Below are positions 1-8,311 of a stretch of 64,000 bases of DNA, piece after piece. Position 1 is the first letter of the stretch, and every line of letters begins with the position of its first letter. This DNA is from Thermodesulfobacteriota bacterium (GTDB lineage Bacteria; Desulfobacterota; Binatia; Bin18). The stretch is taken from contig OZ219926.1 of the NCBI GenBank assembly GCA_964291405.2, positions 2,176,001 through 2,240,000 on the forward strand. The letters are read 5' to 3'. Under the pieces are notes generated by a model. The model saw only the letters and a list, made by a program, of their open reading frames with translations. It was not told the DNA's origin and did not search any database. Made by a program: the position numbers and the translations under genes.

Positions 1-1
1 G

Positions 2-1288
2 CTGGCCTCACACGACGAGTCTGCCTGTCCACCGACATTGCCAGAGGTGGTTGTCTGGCCACAGACGACCGAGGACGTTCGCCGGGTCGTACGCTATGCC
101 TATGAGCAGGCGCTGGCGCTGACGGCACGGGGAGCGGGGTCGAGCTTGGAAGGTAACCCGATTCCGATCCGGGGCGGGGTCGTTGCGGACCTCTCGCGGA
201 TGGACCGCGTTGTGAATGTGCACGCAGAGGACCTTCAGGTCACGGTTCAGCCCGGCGTTGTCTACAACGATCTGAATGACCAGCTCAAAGCCTCTGGTTT
301 ATTTTTCCCGCCGTCGCCCGGCGGCAGTTCCGATGTGGCAACGATTGGCGGGATGGTGGCGAATAACGCCAGCGGTATCTATTCGGTCAAATACGGTGGG
401 ACGCGCGATCATGTCAAAGCCGCCACCGTGGTGACCGGTACGGGCGAGGTCCTTGAACTGGGAACGCGCAGCCGTAAAACGTCGTCGGGCTATCATCTGC
501 TGGGCCTGCTCGTCGGTTCTGAGGGAACGTTGGGCATTGCGACCGAACTGACCCTCTCCTTGGTCGGTCTACCGCAGGGGCGGAAACAAGGTGCGTTTAC
601 CTTTCCGTCCGAAAAAGCAGCGGTCACGGCTATCGCGGCAATGATGCGCTACGGAGTCGATCTGGCTGCGGTCGAGTTTCTTGACCAACGTTCCATCACC
701 GCCCTCAACCGCTTTCAGGATTTTGGGCTCACCGAGCGGCCCTCGTTGTTTCTTGAGGTCCACGGTTCCGAGAGTGCGGTCGAAGAAGTGTTCGAGACAG
801 CCCAGAGTTTGTGTAAAGAGCAGCAGGGCGAGCGGATTGTCCTGCCCGGCGGACGTAATCCGTGGGAGATTCGCCACTTCACGACCCGCGCGATTCAGGC
901 TCTCAACCCGCACGCCAAAACGATTCGCACGGATATGGGTTTTCCCGTCTCGCGTCTCCCTGAGGTCGTTGACCATAGCTATGCCATTGCCGAGCGGCAC
1001 GACACCGTCTTGCACACCTTTGGTCACGCCGGACTCGGCATTCTGCACGCTCTCTTGCGTGAAGACCCAGAAGACGAACAGCGCTGGGCCATTGCCAACC
1101 GGGCCAAAGATGAGATTGTTGCCTTTGTCCTGTCTATTGGAGGAACCGCTTCAGGCGAGCACGGTATTGGGCTCGGCAGCCAGAAATATGTTGCCCAAGA
1201 ACACGGTGCCGCGCTTGAGCTGATGAAGGGCATCAAGCACGTCTTTGATCCAAAGGGTATTCTGAATCCGGGGAAAATCTGGCTCTGA
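2..1288 (+). CDS. FAD-binding oxidoreductase (GlcD / D-lactate dehydrogenase family), 5'-partial
   Basis: ARGAGSSLEG, ATIGGMVANNASG, GSEGTLG, HAGLGILH and GEHGIG motifs. The frame stays open to the window edge (LASHDESACPPTLPEVVV), so the true start is upstream. Confidence 0.9.
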   Translation: MASHDESACPPTLPEVVVWPQTTEDVRRVVRYAYEQALALTARGAGSSLEGNPIPIRGGVVADLSRMDRVVNVHAEDLQVTVQPGVVYNDLNDQLKASGLFFPPSPGGSSDVATIGGMVANNASGIYSVKYGGTRDHVKAATVVTGTGEVLELGTRSRKTSSGYHLLGLLVGSEGTLGIATELTLSLVGLPQGRKQGAFTFPSEKAAVTAIAAMMRYGVDLAAVEFLDQRSITALNRFQDFGLTERPSLFLEVHGSESAVEEVFETAQSLCKEQQGERIVLPGGRNPWEIRHFTTRAIQALNPHAKTIRTDMGFPVSRLPEVVDHSYAIAERHDTVLHTFGHAGLGILHALLREDPEDEQRWAIANRAKDEIVAFVLSIGGTASGEHGIGLGSQKYVAQEHGAALELMKGIKHVFDPKGILNPGKIWL

Positions 1289-1330
1289 CGGGACACCATG
1301 CCGCCGCCAGCCGAGGGGAGAATTGGTATC

Positions 1331-2356
1331 CTAGCCCGCGTCCTCCCTCTGCTGCGCCAGCCGATCACCAGCCTGTCGAATATCGGCAAAACTCACCCCG
1401 GCAATGGGCAGGGCGATTAACCCCTGGCCAATCAAGGTCAGAAACTGAACGGCGTTGAGGACTAAGCCGTAGGCCAGGCCGTCAGCGTCGCTCACCCCAT
1501 AGATGCCAAGGGCGAGCTGACACGCATACTGATACGGTCCGATCATGCCCGGCAGGTTCGGCAGCGCCGTGCCAAAGCTAATAAAAATGAAAATGACCAG
1601 GGCCGCACTAAAAGGAGCGGACAGATCAAAGGCACGGATCATGATATAGCTCGACACAATAGGCAGAAACCAGACGGTCAAAGAGACCACAAAGACGGCC
1701 AGGAGCAGGCCGGGATTGGGCAGAATCCGCATCCCGTCGGTGATAGCGGCCAGAATGCTTTTGACCCGGTCGCCAAAGCGTGCCGGGAGCAGGCGGAGTA
1801 CCCAGCGATCAACAAACGCCTCGCCCTTCCACCAAAACAGCAGGACTACGGACACGAAGACACCGGCAATCACGGCTGGCACCAAAGCGCCGCGACGGAC
1901 CCACACAGGCAGGCTTTCAATAAGCAGCAAGCCAGCCAGCAGATAGAAGACGATACAAATCGAGTCCATCATCTTCTCGACCACCAGATTGCCAATCACG
2001 TTTGAGATGGATACCTGAGAGCGGCGGGATAAGAGCCAGGGGCGGACGACCTCGCCCAGGCGCACCGGGAGCAGGTTGATGGCCATATAGGCGACCGAGG
2101 TCACAACCCACAGCCGGCCGACCGGCACATGTTCGAGGGGACGGAGTTCCAGTTGCCAGCGCCAGGCGCGCAGCACCATGATGAGCAGGCTGACGACAAC
2201 GGCAAGGCACAGCCAGCCAACCTGCACCCGACCGAGCGCGACTCCTAATTCAGCGAGTTGAACATTGCGAAACGCCAGATACAGAAAACCCCCACTCACC
2301 ATCAGGCTGAGGGCGAGATTCAGTAAACGACGACGAGAGGAAAAGTGTTCTGCCAT
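1331..2356 (-). CDS. Lysylphosphatidylglycerol synthase TM / UPF0104 flippase-like membrane protein
   Basis: Multi-TM protein with LRAWRW, NLLPVRLGEVVR and PGMIGPY motifs typical of the family. Confidence 0.85.
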   Translation of the reverse strand: MAEHFSSRRRLLNLALSLMVSGGFLYLAFRNVQLAELGVALGRVQVGWLCLAVVVSLLIMVLRAWRWQLELRPLEHVPVGRLWVVTSVAYMAINLLPVRLGEVVRPWLLSRRSQVSISNVIGNLVVEKMMDSICIVFYLLAGLLLIESLPVWVRRGALVPAVIAGVFVSVVLLFWWKGEAFVDRWVLRLLPARFGDRVKSILAAITDGMRILPNPGLLLAVFVVSLTVWFLPIVSSYIMIRAFDLSAPFSAALVIFIFISFGTALPNLPGMIGPYQYACQLALGIYGVSDADGLAYGLVLNAVQFLTLIGQGLIALPIAGVSFADIRQAGDRLAQQREDAG

Positions 2357-2523
2357 GTCAGCTCCTGCGCTCGGGTTAGCATAGCACGCGGTGTCCTGCT
2401 GGTCAGGAGCGCAGGCCGTCGTTTGTGATAGTCGAATGCCCGAGTTTTGTATGAGATCATCTCTTCAGTTCCTGCGTTTGCCTCAAGGCGAGGCCATGCT
2501 GTGAGGAAAGGGAACCGTACGAA

Positions 2524-2577
2524 AAAGAGTAAACGTACCCTTCCATCAGACAAAAAAGCTGGGTACGTTCACTCCTT
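2524..2577 (+). repeat. 54-bp palindromic element, copy 1
   Basis: AAAGAGTAAACGTACCC-ttccatcagacaaaaaagct-GGGTACGTTCACTCCTT. It ends immediately before the fhs ATG at 2578. Confidence 0.85.
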
Positions 2578-4251
2578 ATGAGCCGAGACCAAAACCTTGC
2601 CGTTGCCCAGTCCGTCCGCTTGAAGCCGATTGAAGAAATCGCCGCGCAGCTATCGTTACCGTCAGAATACCTTGAGCCCTACGGCCGCGTGAAGGCGAAA
2701 ATCGCGCTTGAAGCGCTCTCTGGCGCATCCGCTGAGACCCAGGGCAAGCTGATTCTTGTTTCGGCCATTAACCCAACCCCTGCGGGTGAGGGCAAGACCA
2801 CCACGACGATCGGCCTAGGCCAAGCCCTGACCAGTCTGGGGAAAAAGTCAACCGTGGCGGTGCGCGAACCCTCAATGGGGCCGGTCTTTGGGGTGAAAGG
2901 CGGAGGCTGTGGAGGGGGTCACTCTCAAGTCCTGCCCATGGAGGATATCAACCTGCACTTTACCGGCGATATTCACGCCGTCAGCTCCGCGCACAATCTG
3001 CTGTCGGCTATGATGGACGCCGCCATGTTTCACCGAACGGTGGATTTGGATGTCCGTCAGATTCGCTGGCGGCGCGTCATGGACATGAATGACCGCGCGT
3101 TGCGTCAAATCGTGATGGGTCTTGGCGGGCGTCTCATGGGCGTCCCGCGTGAAGAGGGTTTTGATATCACCGCGGCATCGGAAGTCATGGCTATTCTGGC
3201 TCTGACGAATGGACCTGCGGACCTCATTCAGCGTCTGTCACGTATTGTGCTGGGCTATTCATCCCAGGGGGAAGCGGTCACCGCGGACCAAATTCACGCG
3301 TCGGAGGCGATGGCCATTATTCTGAAAGACGCTCTCAAGCCTAACCTGGTTCAGACCGTGGAAGGCGTACCGGCCTTCATCCACGCTGGGCCGTTCGGCA
3401 ATATCGCCCACGGATGTAACAGTATTCTCGCCACGCGACTGGCCCTGGGCTACGCCGATTATGTCGTGACTGAGGCCGGCTTCGGGTTTGATCTGGGTGG
3501 AGAGAAATTCCTCAATATCAAATGCCGCGAGGCCGATCTGTGGCCCGACGCGGTGGTCCTGGTCGCAACGGTCAAGGCGCTCAAAATGCACGGCGGTACG
3601 CCGGTGGCAGATGTGAACACACCCGATCTGTCAACCCTGAAGCAGGGCATGGAAAACCTGGCCAAACACGTCGAGAGTCTGAGCGCGTTTGGCCTCCGGC
3701 CGATTGTGGCGGTGAATCGGTTTGCCACCGATACCGAGGAGGAATTGCAACTGGTTGTAGAGGAAAGCAAAGCCCTGGGCGTAGAGGCAACAGTCATTGA
3801 CGTGTTTGGCCAAGGAGGAGAAGGCGGGCTGGAGCTGGCCGAGGCGGTAGTGAAAGCCTGCGACGGACCGGCTCCGGTACAGCGTTTTCTATATCCGACA
3901 GAAATGCCGATTGAGGACAAGATTCGGACCATTGCCCAAAAAGTCTACGGCGCGACGGATATCACCCTGCTGCCACGCGCGCGCACCGACCTCAAACGGA
4001 TCAACGACCTGGGATATGACCATGTGCCCATTTGCATGGCCAAGACCCAGATGTCCCTGTCCGACGACCCAAAACGCTACGGCCGGCCGCGTGACTTCGT
4101 GCTGAGCGTGCGCGAAATCCGCCTCTCGGCCGGGGCCGGCTTCTGTGTCCCACTCACCGGGGACATGCTAACCATGCCCGGCCTGGGCGCAAAACCTGCC
4201 GCAGCCGGGATGCGGATGGATGAGAGCGGCAAAATTTCGGGTATGTTCTGA
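2578..4251 (+). CDS. fhs: Formate--tetrahydrofolate ligase
   Basis: PTPAGEGKTT, REPSMGPVFGVKGG, INLHFTGD, HAGPFGNIAHG and TEAGFG motifs; 557 aa. Confidence 0.97.
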   Translation: MSRDQNLAVAQSVRLKPIEEIAAQLSLPSEYLEPYGRVKAKIALEALSGASAETQGKLILVSAINPTPAGEGKTTTTIGLGQALTSLGKKSTVAVREPSMGPVFGVKGGGCGGGHSQVLPMEDINLHFTGDIHAVSSAHNLLSAMMDAAMFHRTVDLDVRQIRWRRVMDMNDRALRQIVMGLGGRLMGVPREEGFDITAASEVMAILALTNGPADLIQRLSRIVLGYSSQGEAVTADQIHASEAMAIILKDALKPNLVQTVEGVPAFIHAGPFGNIAHGCNSILATRLALGYADYVVTEAGFGFDLGGEKFLNIKCREADLWPDAVVLVATVKALKMHGGTPVADVNTPDLSTLKQGMENLAKHVESLSAFGLRPIVAVNRFATDTEEELQLVVEESKALGVEATVIDVFGQGGEGGLELAEAVVKACDGPAPVQRFLYPTEMPIEDKIRTIAQKVYGATDITLLPRARTDLKRINDLGYDHVPICMAKTQMSLSDDPKRYGRPRDFVLSVREIRLSAGAGFCVPLTGDMLTMPGLGAKPAAAGMRMDESGKISGMF

Positions 4252-4272
4252 GCCTGACAATACCGCCGATGG

Positions 4273-5190
4273 TCACGCGGCCCGACGCCGGGTGAGCTCC
4301 GCATAGCAATAGACAAGGGCCAGCCCACGATAGGGACGCCAACGCTCGGCAAAGGCACGCATTTCGGCTTCGGTTGCCTTTTCCTTTTTGCCCAACATGC
4401 CCTGGGCAAGATATTTGACCACTCCCAGGTCGCCGCCCGGAAACGCGTCGGACCTGGCCAGGCCACGCATCAGTGCAGTCTCCGCCGACCAGCGACCAAT
4501 CCCTTTGAGTTGGATCAGGGCTTCAATCGCTGCTTCGTCTGAAAGCTGAGCGATTTCGCTCTGCTGAAAAGCCCGAGAGGCAAACGCTTCGCCCAGGCGG
4601 ATCAGCGTACTGGCCTTGGCATGGCTCAGCCGGAAGCCGCGTAGGGTCTCTAGGCTCAGGCTCGCAAACCGCACCGGCTCGGGAAACGCGCAATACGTAT
4701 ACCCCTTGTAACGCCATTTACGACCAAATGCCTCAACCAGTTCTTTTTTAATGGAGTAGGCAAAGGTGAGGTTGATCTGCTGTGAGAGGACCGCCATGAC
4801 CAGGGCCTCGAACAGCGTTGGGCTGGAGGTGATACGCAGCCCACGAAAGCGCTTTACCAGCGGCGCCAGCATCTCGTCCTGACGTGCTAAGCGATAAAAC
4901 GGTCTGATATCAAAGTCGGTACACAGAATATGACGGAGCTGGGCATGAAATGCCGCCTGCTTGAGGGTGGCCCTGGATGGACTGCGCAACTCCACCGTCA
5001 GCCTCGGCTTGGCCAGCGTGCCAACATCCGTCACCGTAGCCAGCGCCAGTTGGCGACCGGCCGCGAGCAGGCGTTGGTATTGCTTGCCTACGACCAAGTC
5101 GACGTTCTCGCTCGCAAAACGCCGGAAGCGGGCTACGGTCAGGTCGAAGGAATACGGTGCTCGCGGGAGGAGTTGAAAGGTAAGGATCAT
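4273..5190 (-). CDS. alkA: DNA-3-methyladenine glycosylase (AlkA family, HhH-GPD)
   Basis: FEALVMAVLSQQI, LKGIGRWSAE, DAFPGGDLGV and ERWRPYRG motifs. Confidence 0.9.
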   Translation of the reverse strand: MILTFQLLPRAPYSFDLTVARFRRFASENVDLVVGKQYQRLLAAGRQLALATVTDVGTLAKPRLTVELRSPSRATLKQAAFHAQLRHILCTDFDIRPFYRLARQDEMLAPLVKRFRGLRITSSPTLFEALVMAVLSQQINLTFAYSIKKELVEAFGRKWRYKGYTYCAFPEPVRFASLSLETLRGFRLSHAKASTLIRLGEAFASRAFQQSEIAQLSDEAAIEALIQLKGIGRWSAETALMRGLARSDAFPGGDLGVVKYLAQGMLGKKEKATEAEMRAFAERWRPYRGLALVYCYAELTRRRAA

Positions 5191-5254
5191 CGCTCCAGGT
5201 CTTTGAGAGCCAGGCGTAGTTTCAGTCGGGTGTTGCTGTCCTCAGTTGCGCGGG

Positions 5255-5286
5255 CCCCAACCCCAAATCCCCAGACCCTAATCCCT
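5255..5286 (+). repeat. Degenerate heptamer tandem repeat (CCCCAAY-like, STRR-like)
   Basis: ccccaac-cccaaat-ccccaga-ccctaat-ccct, intergenic between alkA and the CoA transferase. Confidence 0.55.
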
Positions 5287-5289
5287 TTC

Positions 5290-6507
5290 TTAAATCACTT
5301 CATCTTCTCTCAACTTGGCCACATCTTCCCACGAATAGTCGAGCAGCTCGGTAAGGATGCGCTCGGTGTGTTCGCCGAACTCCGGAGCCGCGCCTTTGGG
5401 GTCGCCCGGGGTTTTGCTTAAGCGCACGGGAACGCCGACCAACTGCGTCTTGCCGATACTGGGATGCTCATAATCGACAATATATTCATTGGCGAGCATC
5501 TGTTCGTCGGTGGGCAAGTCAGCAATAGTGTTGACGACCGTGTAAATGAAGTCTCCGCCTTCCTTGAGGGCCTTCATCCAGGCGTCTCGGGGCCGAGAGG
5601 CAAACGCAGTATCCAGCATGGGAATCAAATCTTTGGCGTTGTCGGCTCGGTCTCCCATGGTCGCAAAGCGGGGGTCGTCCAGGACGTGCTCAATGCCCAG
5701 CACTTTGCAGAAATCAGACCAGTAGCGATCCTGTTGCGGCATGGCCAGACAGATCCACTTGTCATCGCCGCATTTGTAATGGTTCCACAGCGGGCTCGGC
5801 GCTGCGGCGCGTGGCATGCGCTTAAACTCCTTGCCGAGAATGGCTTTACACGCCACATTGAGCCCTTGAAGCGCGGTCATACTGCCCAGATGAGAGATAT
5901 CGACCTCCTGACCCATGCCATATTTTTCACGCGCCAGGAGCGCAGCCATGACTCCGTAGGCCAACATGATGGCGCCCATCTGATCGGCGATGCCACCGGC
6001 AATACTGAGGGGTTCCATCTGAGGCTCACCCACCGCAGTCATGATGCCCGAGCGCGCCAGTCCCATATAGTCAAAGGAGGGCTCACCGGAATCCGGTCCG
6101 AACGGGCCGTAGCCGGTTGCACTGGCGTAGATGATTTGGGGGTTACGCTGAGAGAGCGCCTCGTAGCCGATGCCCAACTTGTCGGATACGCCTTTTCGGA
6201 AGTTCTGAACAAAGACGTCAGATTTCTCCGCCAATTGATAGACAATCTCTATAGCTTTGGGGTTTTTGAGATCAAGAGTGAGGCTCTGCTTATGCCGGTT
6301 ATTGGCCTCAAAGTAGAAATTCGGGCCACTCGTCGCCCCAACCAACGCCCCAGCAATACTCAACACGCCTCGGCCCGGGTCCCCTCCGACGCGCTCTTCG
6401 ATCTTGATGACTTCGGCGCCCAGGTCAGCCAACATCATGGTTGAGACCGGCCCTTGTTGCCAAATCGTCCAGTCAATAATGCGGACGCCATCTAATGGTC
6501 GTTTCAT
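5290..6507 (-). CDS. CoA transferase (CaiB/BaiF family III)
   Basis: RPLDGVRIIDWT, LADLGAEVIKIE, NRHKQS and APEFGEHT motifs. Start moved to ATG 6507 (GGAGGGGAAG RBS); the longer ORF overlaps the PHP gene. Confidence 0.93.
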   Translation of the reverse strand: MKRPLDGVRIIDWTIWQQGPVSTMMLADLGAEVIKIEERVGGDPGRGVLSIAGALVGATSGPNFYFEANNRHKQSLTLDLKNPKAIEIVYQLAEKSDVFVQNFRKGVSDKLGIGYEALSQRNPQIIYASATGYGPFGPDSGEPSFDYMGLARSGIMTAVGEPQMEPLSIAGGIADQMGAIMLAYGVMAALLAREKYGMGQEVDISHLGSMTALQGLNVACKAILGKEFKRMPRAAAPSPLWNHYKCGDDKWICLAMPQQDRYWSDFCKVLGIEHVLDDPRFATMGDRADNAKDLIPMLDTAFASRPRDAWMKALKEGGDFIYTVVNTIADLPTDEQMLANEYIVDYEHPSIGKTQLVGVPVRLSKTPGDPKGAAPEFGEHTERILTELLDYSWEDVAKLREDEVI

Positions 6508-6704
6508 AGCTTCCCCTCCTGATGGAATAGCCTTAGTGACATAGCTGAGGTAAGCGGACTGTAGCATAGGCCGGGTGGAGAACAAAAGGAAGCGAATGAG
6601 AAAGTCCAGCCCAATCTGGACGGGGACGCTGGATTGCACTCTTGCCTGCGTATTCAGAAGACGGTATAGAGAGGCGGCCGACGAAACGGGAGCTATCATA
6701 AACC

Positions 6705-7382
6705 ATGCGGATTGATTTCCACGTTCATACGACACGCGGCAGCTCTGACAGCAATCTTGACCCCTTGCTGATGATCGACCAAGCGCACACCATCGGCCTA
6801 GAGGGGATTTGCATCACCGAACACGACAATGCCTGGACGGACCCGGAAATCGAGGAGTACGCCCGTGAACGTGGGGTGACCTTATTTCTGGGGATTGAGG
6901 TCACGACCGAGTGGGGCCACATCGGCGCCTTTGGCCTCGACCGCTATGTCGGCGGTATCTATAAAGTCAAAGAGTTACGACGCATTATCGATGAGGTTGA
7001 CGGCTTTCTGATTGCCAACCACCCGTTTCGCTATAAGCTCGACCCCCGCTTCCAGTTTATCCATAAAACCGCCCCGATCGACCAGGCCGATCCTACGTCC
7101 GGGAGTAAAGCCCTCGAAGTGCTGAAATATGTAGATGCCATTGAGGTGGTGAACGGGGCCTGCTCGGAGGAAGAAAATCGGTACGCCCAGGCGGTGGCCG
7201 AGCATGTCGGGTGCAAGCGCATTGGAGGCAGTGACAGCCACTCCGCCTCTTCCATTGGCTGCGCGGTCACCATTTTCGAGCGTCCCCTCTCGACCACACG
7301 GGAACTCATTGATGAGCTCAAAGCAGGCCGCTATTCCACCGGTCAGGGGCTGAACACCGGCGAGTTGCGCGTGTTCCCCTAG
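6705..7382 (+). CDS. PHP-domain metal-dependent phosphoesterase
   Basis: DFHVHT, ITEHD, GIEV, ANHPF and GGSDSH metal-ligand motifs. Confidence 0.9.
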   Translation: MRIDFHVHTTRGSSDSNLDPLLMIDQAHTIGLEGICITEHDNAWTDPEIEEYARERGVTLFLGIEVTTEWGHIGAFGLDRYVGGIYKVKELRRIIDEVDGFLIANHPFRYKLDPRFQFIHKTAPIDQADPTSGSKALEVLKYVDAIEVVNGACSEEENRYAQAVAEHVGCKRIGGSDSHSASSIGCAVTIFERPLSTTRELIDELKAGRYSTGQGLNTGELRVFP

Positions 7383-7426
7383 CCAGCATCATTTCCTGTA
7401 GACCGCGTGTACGAGACACTAAGGCC

Positions 7427-8212
7427 ATGACACGCCCGAAAGCCTTAACCATTGCCGGGTCGGATAGTGGAGGTGGGGCCGGTATTCAGGCCGATCTCAA
7501 GACTTTTATGGCGCGCGGTGTATATGGCCTGAGCGTGCTGACCGCGGTGACCGCCCAAAACACGCTGGGTGTCCAGGCCGTTGTTGAGCTCCCGCCTGAT
7601 TTTGTCGCCCAGGAATTCGATAGCGTGTTCGGTGATATGCAAATCCAGGCCGCAAAGACGGGCATGCTGTCATCCATTCCACTCGTTGAGGTGGTGAGTC
7701 GCAAGATAGAAGAATATGGTGTCGGGAAGCTGGTCGTTGACCCGGTGATGGTTGCCAAAGGAGGCCACGCCCTTCTCCAAGCAGATGCCCGCCAGGCGCT
7801 GACCGAGAGACTGCTCCCACTGGCGTTTGTGGTGACACCAAATCTACACGAGGCCGGGCTGCTGTCCGGCATGGAAGTGGCACGGCGGTCTGATATGGAA
7901 GAGGCGGCCCGCCGTATTAAAGCCTTAGGACCGACCTATGTGGTGGTAAAGGGTGGGCATCTCGAAGAAGACGCCTGTGATCTGCTGTTCGACGGCAACA
8001 CTTTTCGGGCCTACTCCTGTCAGAAAATAGACACAGTGTGCACGCATGGAGCGGGATGCACCTTCTCGGCCGCGATCACGGCCGAGCTTGCCAAAGGCGA
8101 AACGGTCGAGGCAGCGGTCGCGCATGCGAAAGACTTTGTGACTCGCGCGATCTCCACCGGGTTCCGAATTGGACACGGGCATGCTCCGCTGAATCACCAA
8201 GTTGATCTGTAA
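7427..8212 (+). CDS. thiD: Hydroxymethylpyrimidine/phosphomethylpyrimidine kinase
   Basis: LTIAGSDSGGGAGIQADLKT, VDPVM, TPNLHEA and THGAGCTFS motifs. Confidence 0.97.
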   Translation: MTRPKALTIAGSDSGGGAGIQADLKTFMARGVYGLSVLTAVTAQNTLGVQAVVELPPDFVAQEFDSVFGDMQIQAAKTGMLSSIPLVEVVSRKIEEYGVGKLVVDPVMVAKGGHALLQADARQALTERLLPLAFVVTPNLHEAGLLSGMEVARRSDMEEAARRIKALGPTYVVVKGGHLEEDACDLLFDGNTFRAYSCQKIDTVCTHGAGCTFSAAITAELAKGETVEAAVAHAKDFVTRAISTGFRIGHGHAPLNHQVDL

Positions 8213-8311
8213 GACGACCGCACCCATTCGGGTCTTGTGGCCTCCAGCCTGCCAGCCTTGGGACCGCGGGGGAACCCGTGCCTTGTGGCTCTCCAGGGCC
8301 TTCGATAGAAT

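Noticed and set aside
2357-2523. THF or ZTP riboswitch upstream of fhs
   Set aside because: No recognisable consensus motifs by eye.
5464-6444. Long antisense/alternate-frame ORFs (e.g. 5464-6444, 27344-28450, 51670-52626, 15985-16713, 32457-33185)
   Set aside because: They are shadows of well-supported genes in GC-rich DNA and carry no motifs. The similarity of the two 242-aa ORFs just reflects the duplication.
7383-7426. TPP riboswitch before thiD
   Set aside because: The gap is only 44 bp and has no CTGAGA motif.
8234-8296. Imperfect 14-15-bp direct repeat CTTGTGGC(T)CTCCAG upstream of ptsP
   Set aside because: Only two copies and no other support; it may be chance or a small local duplication.
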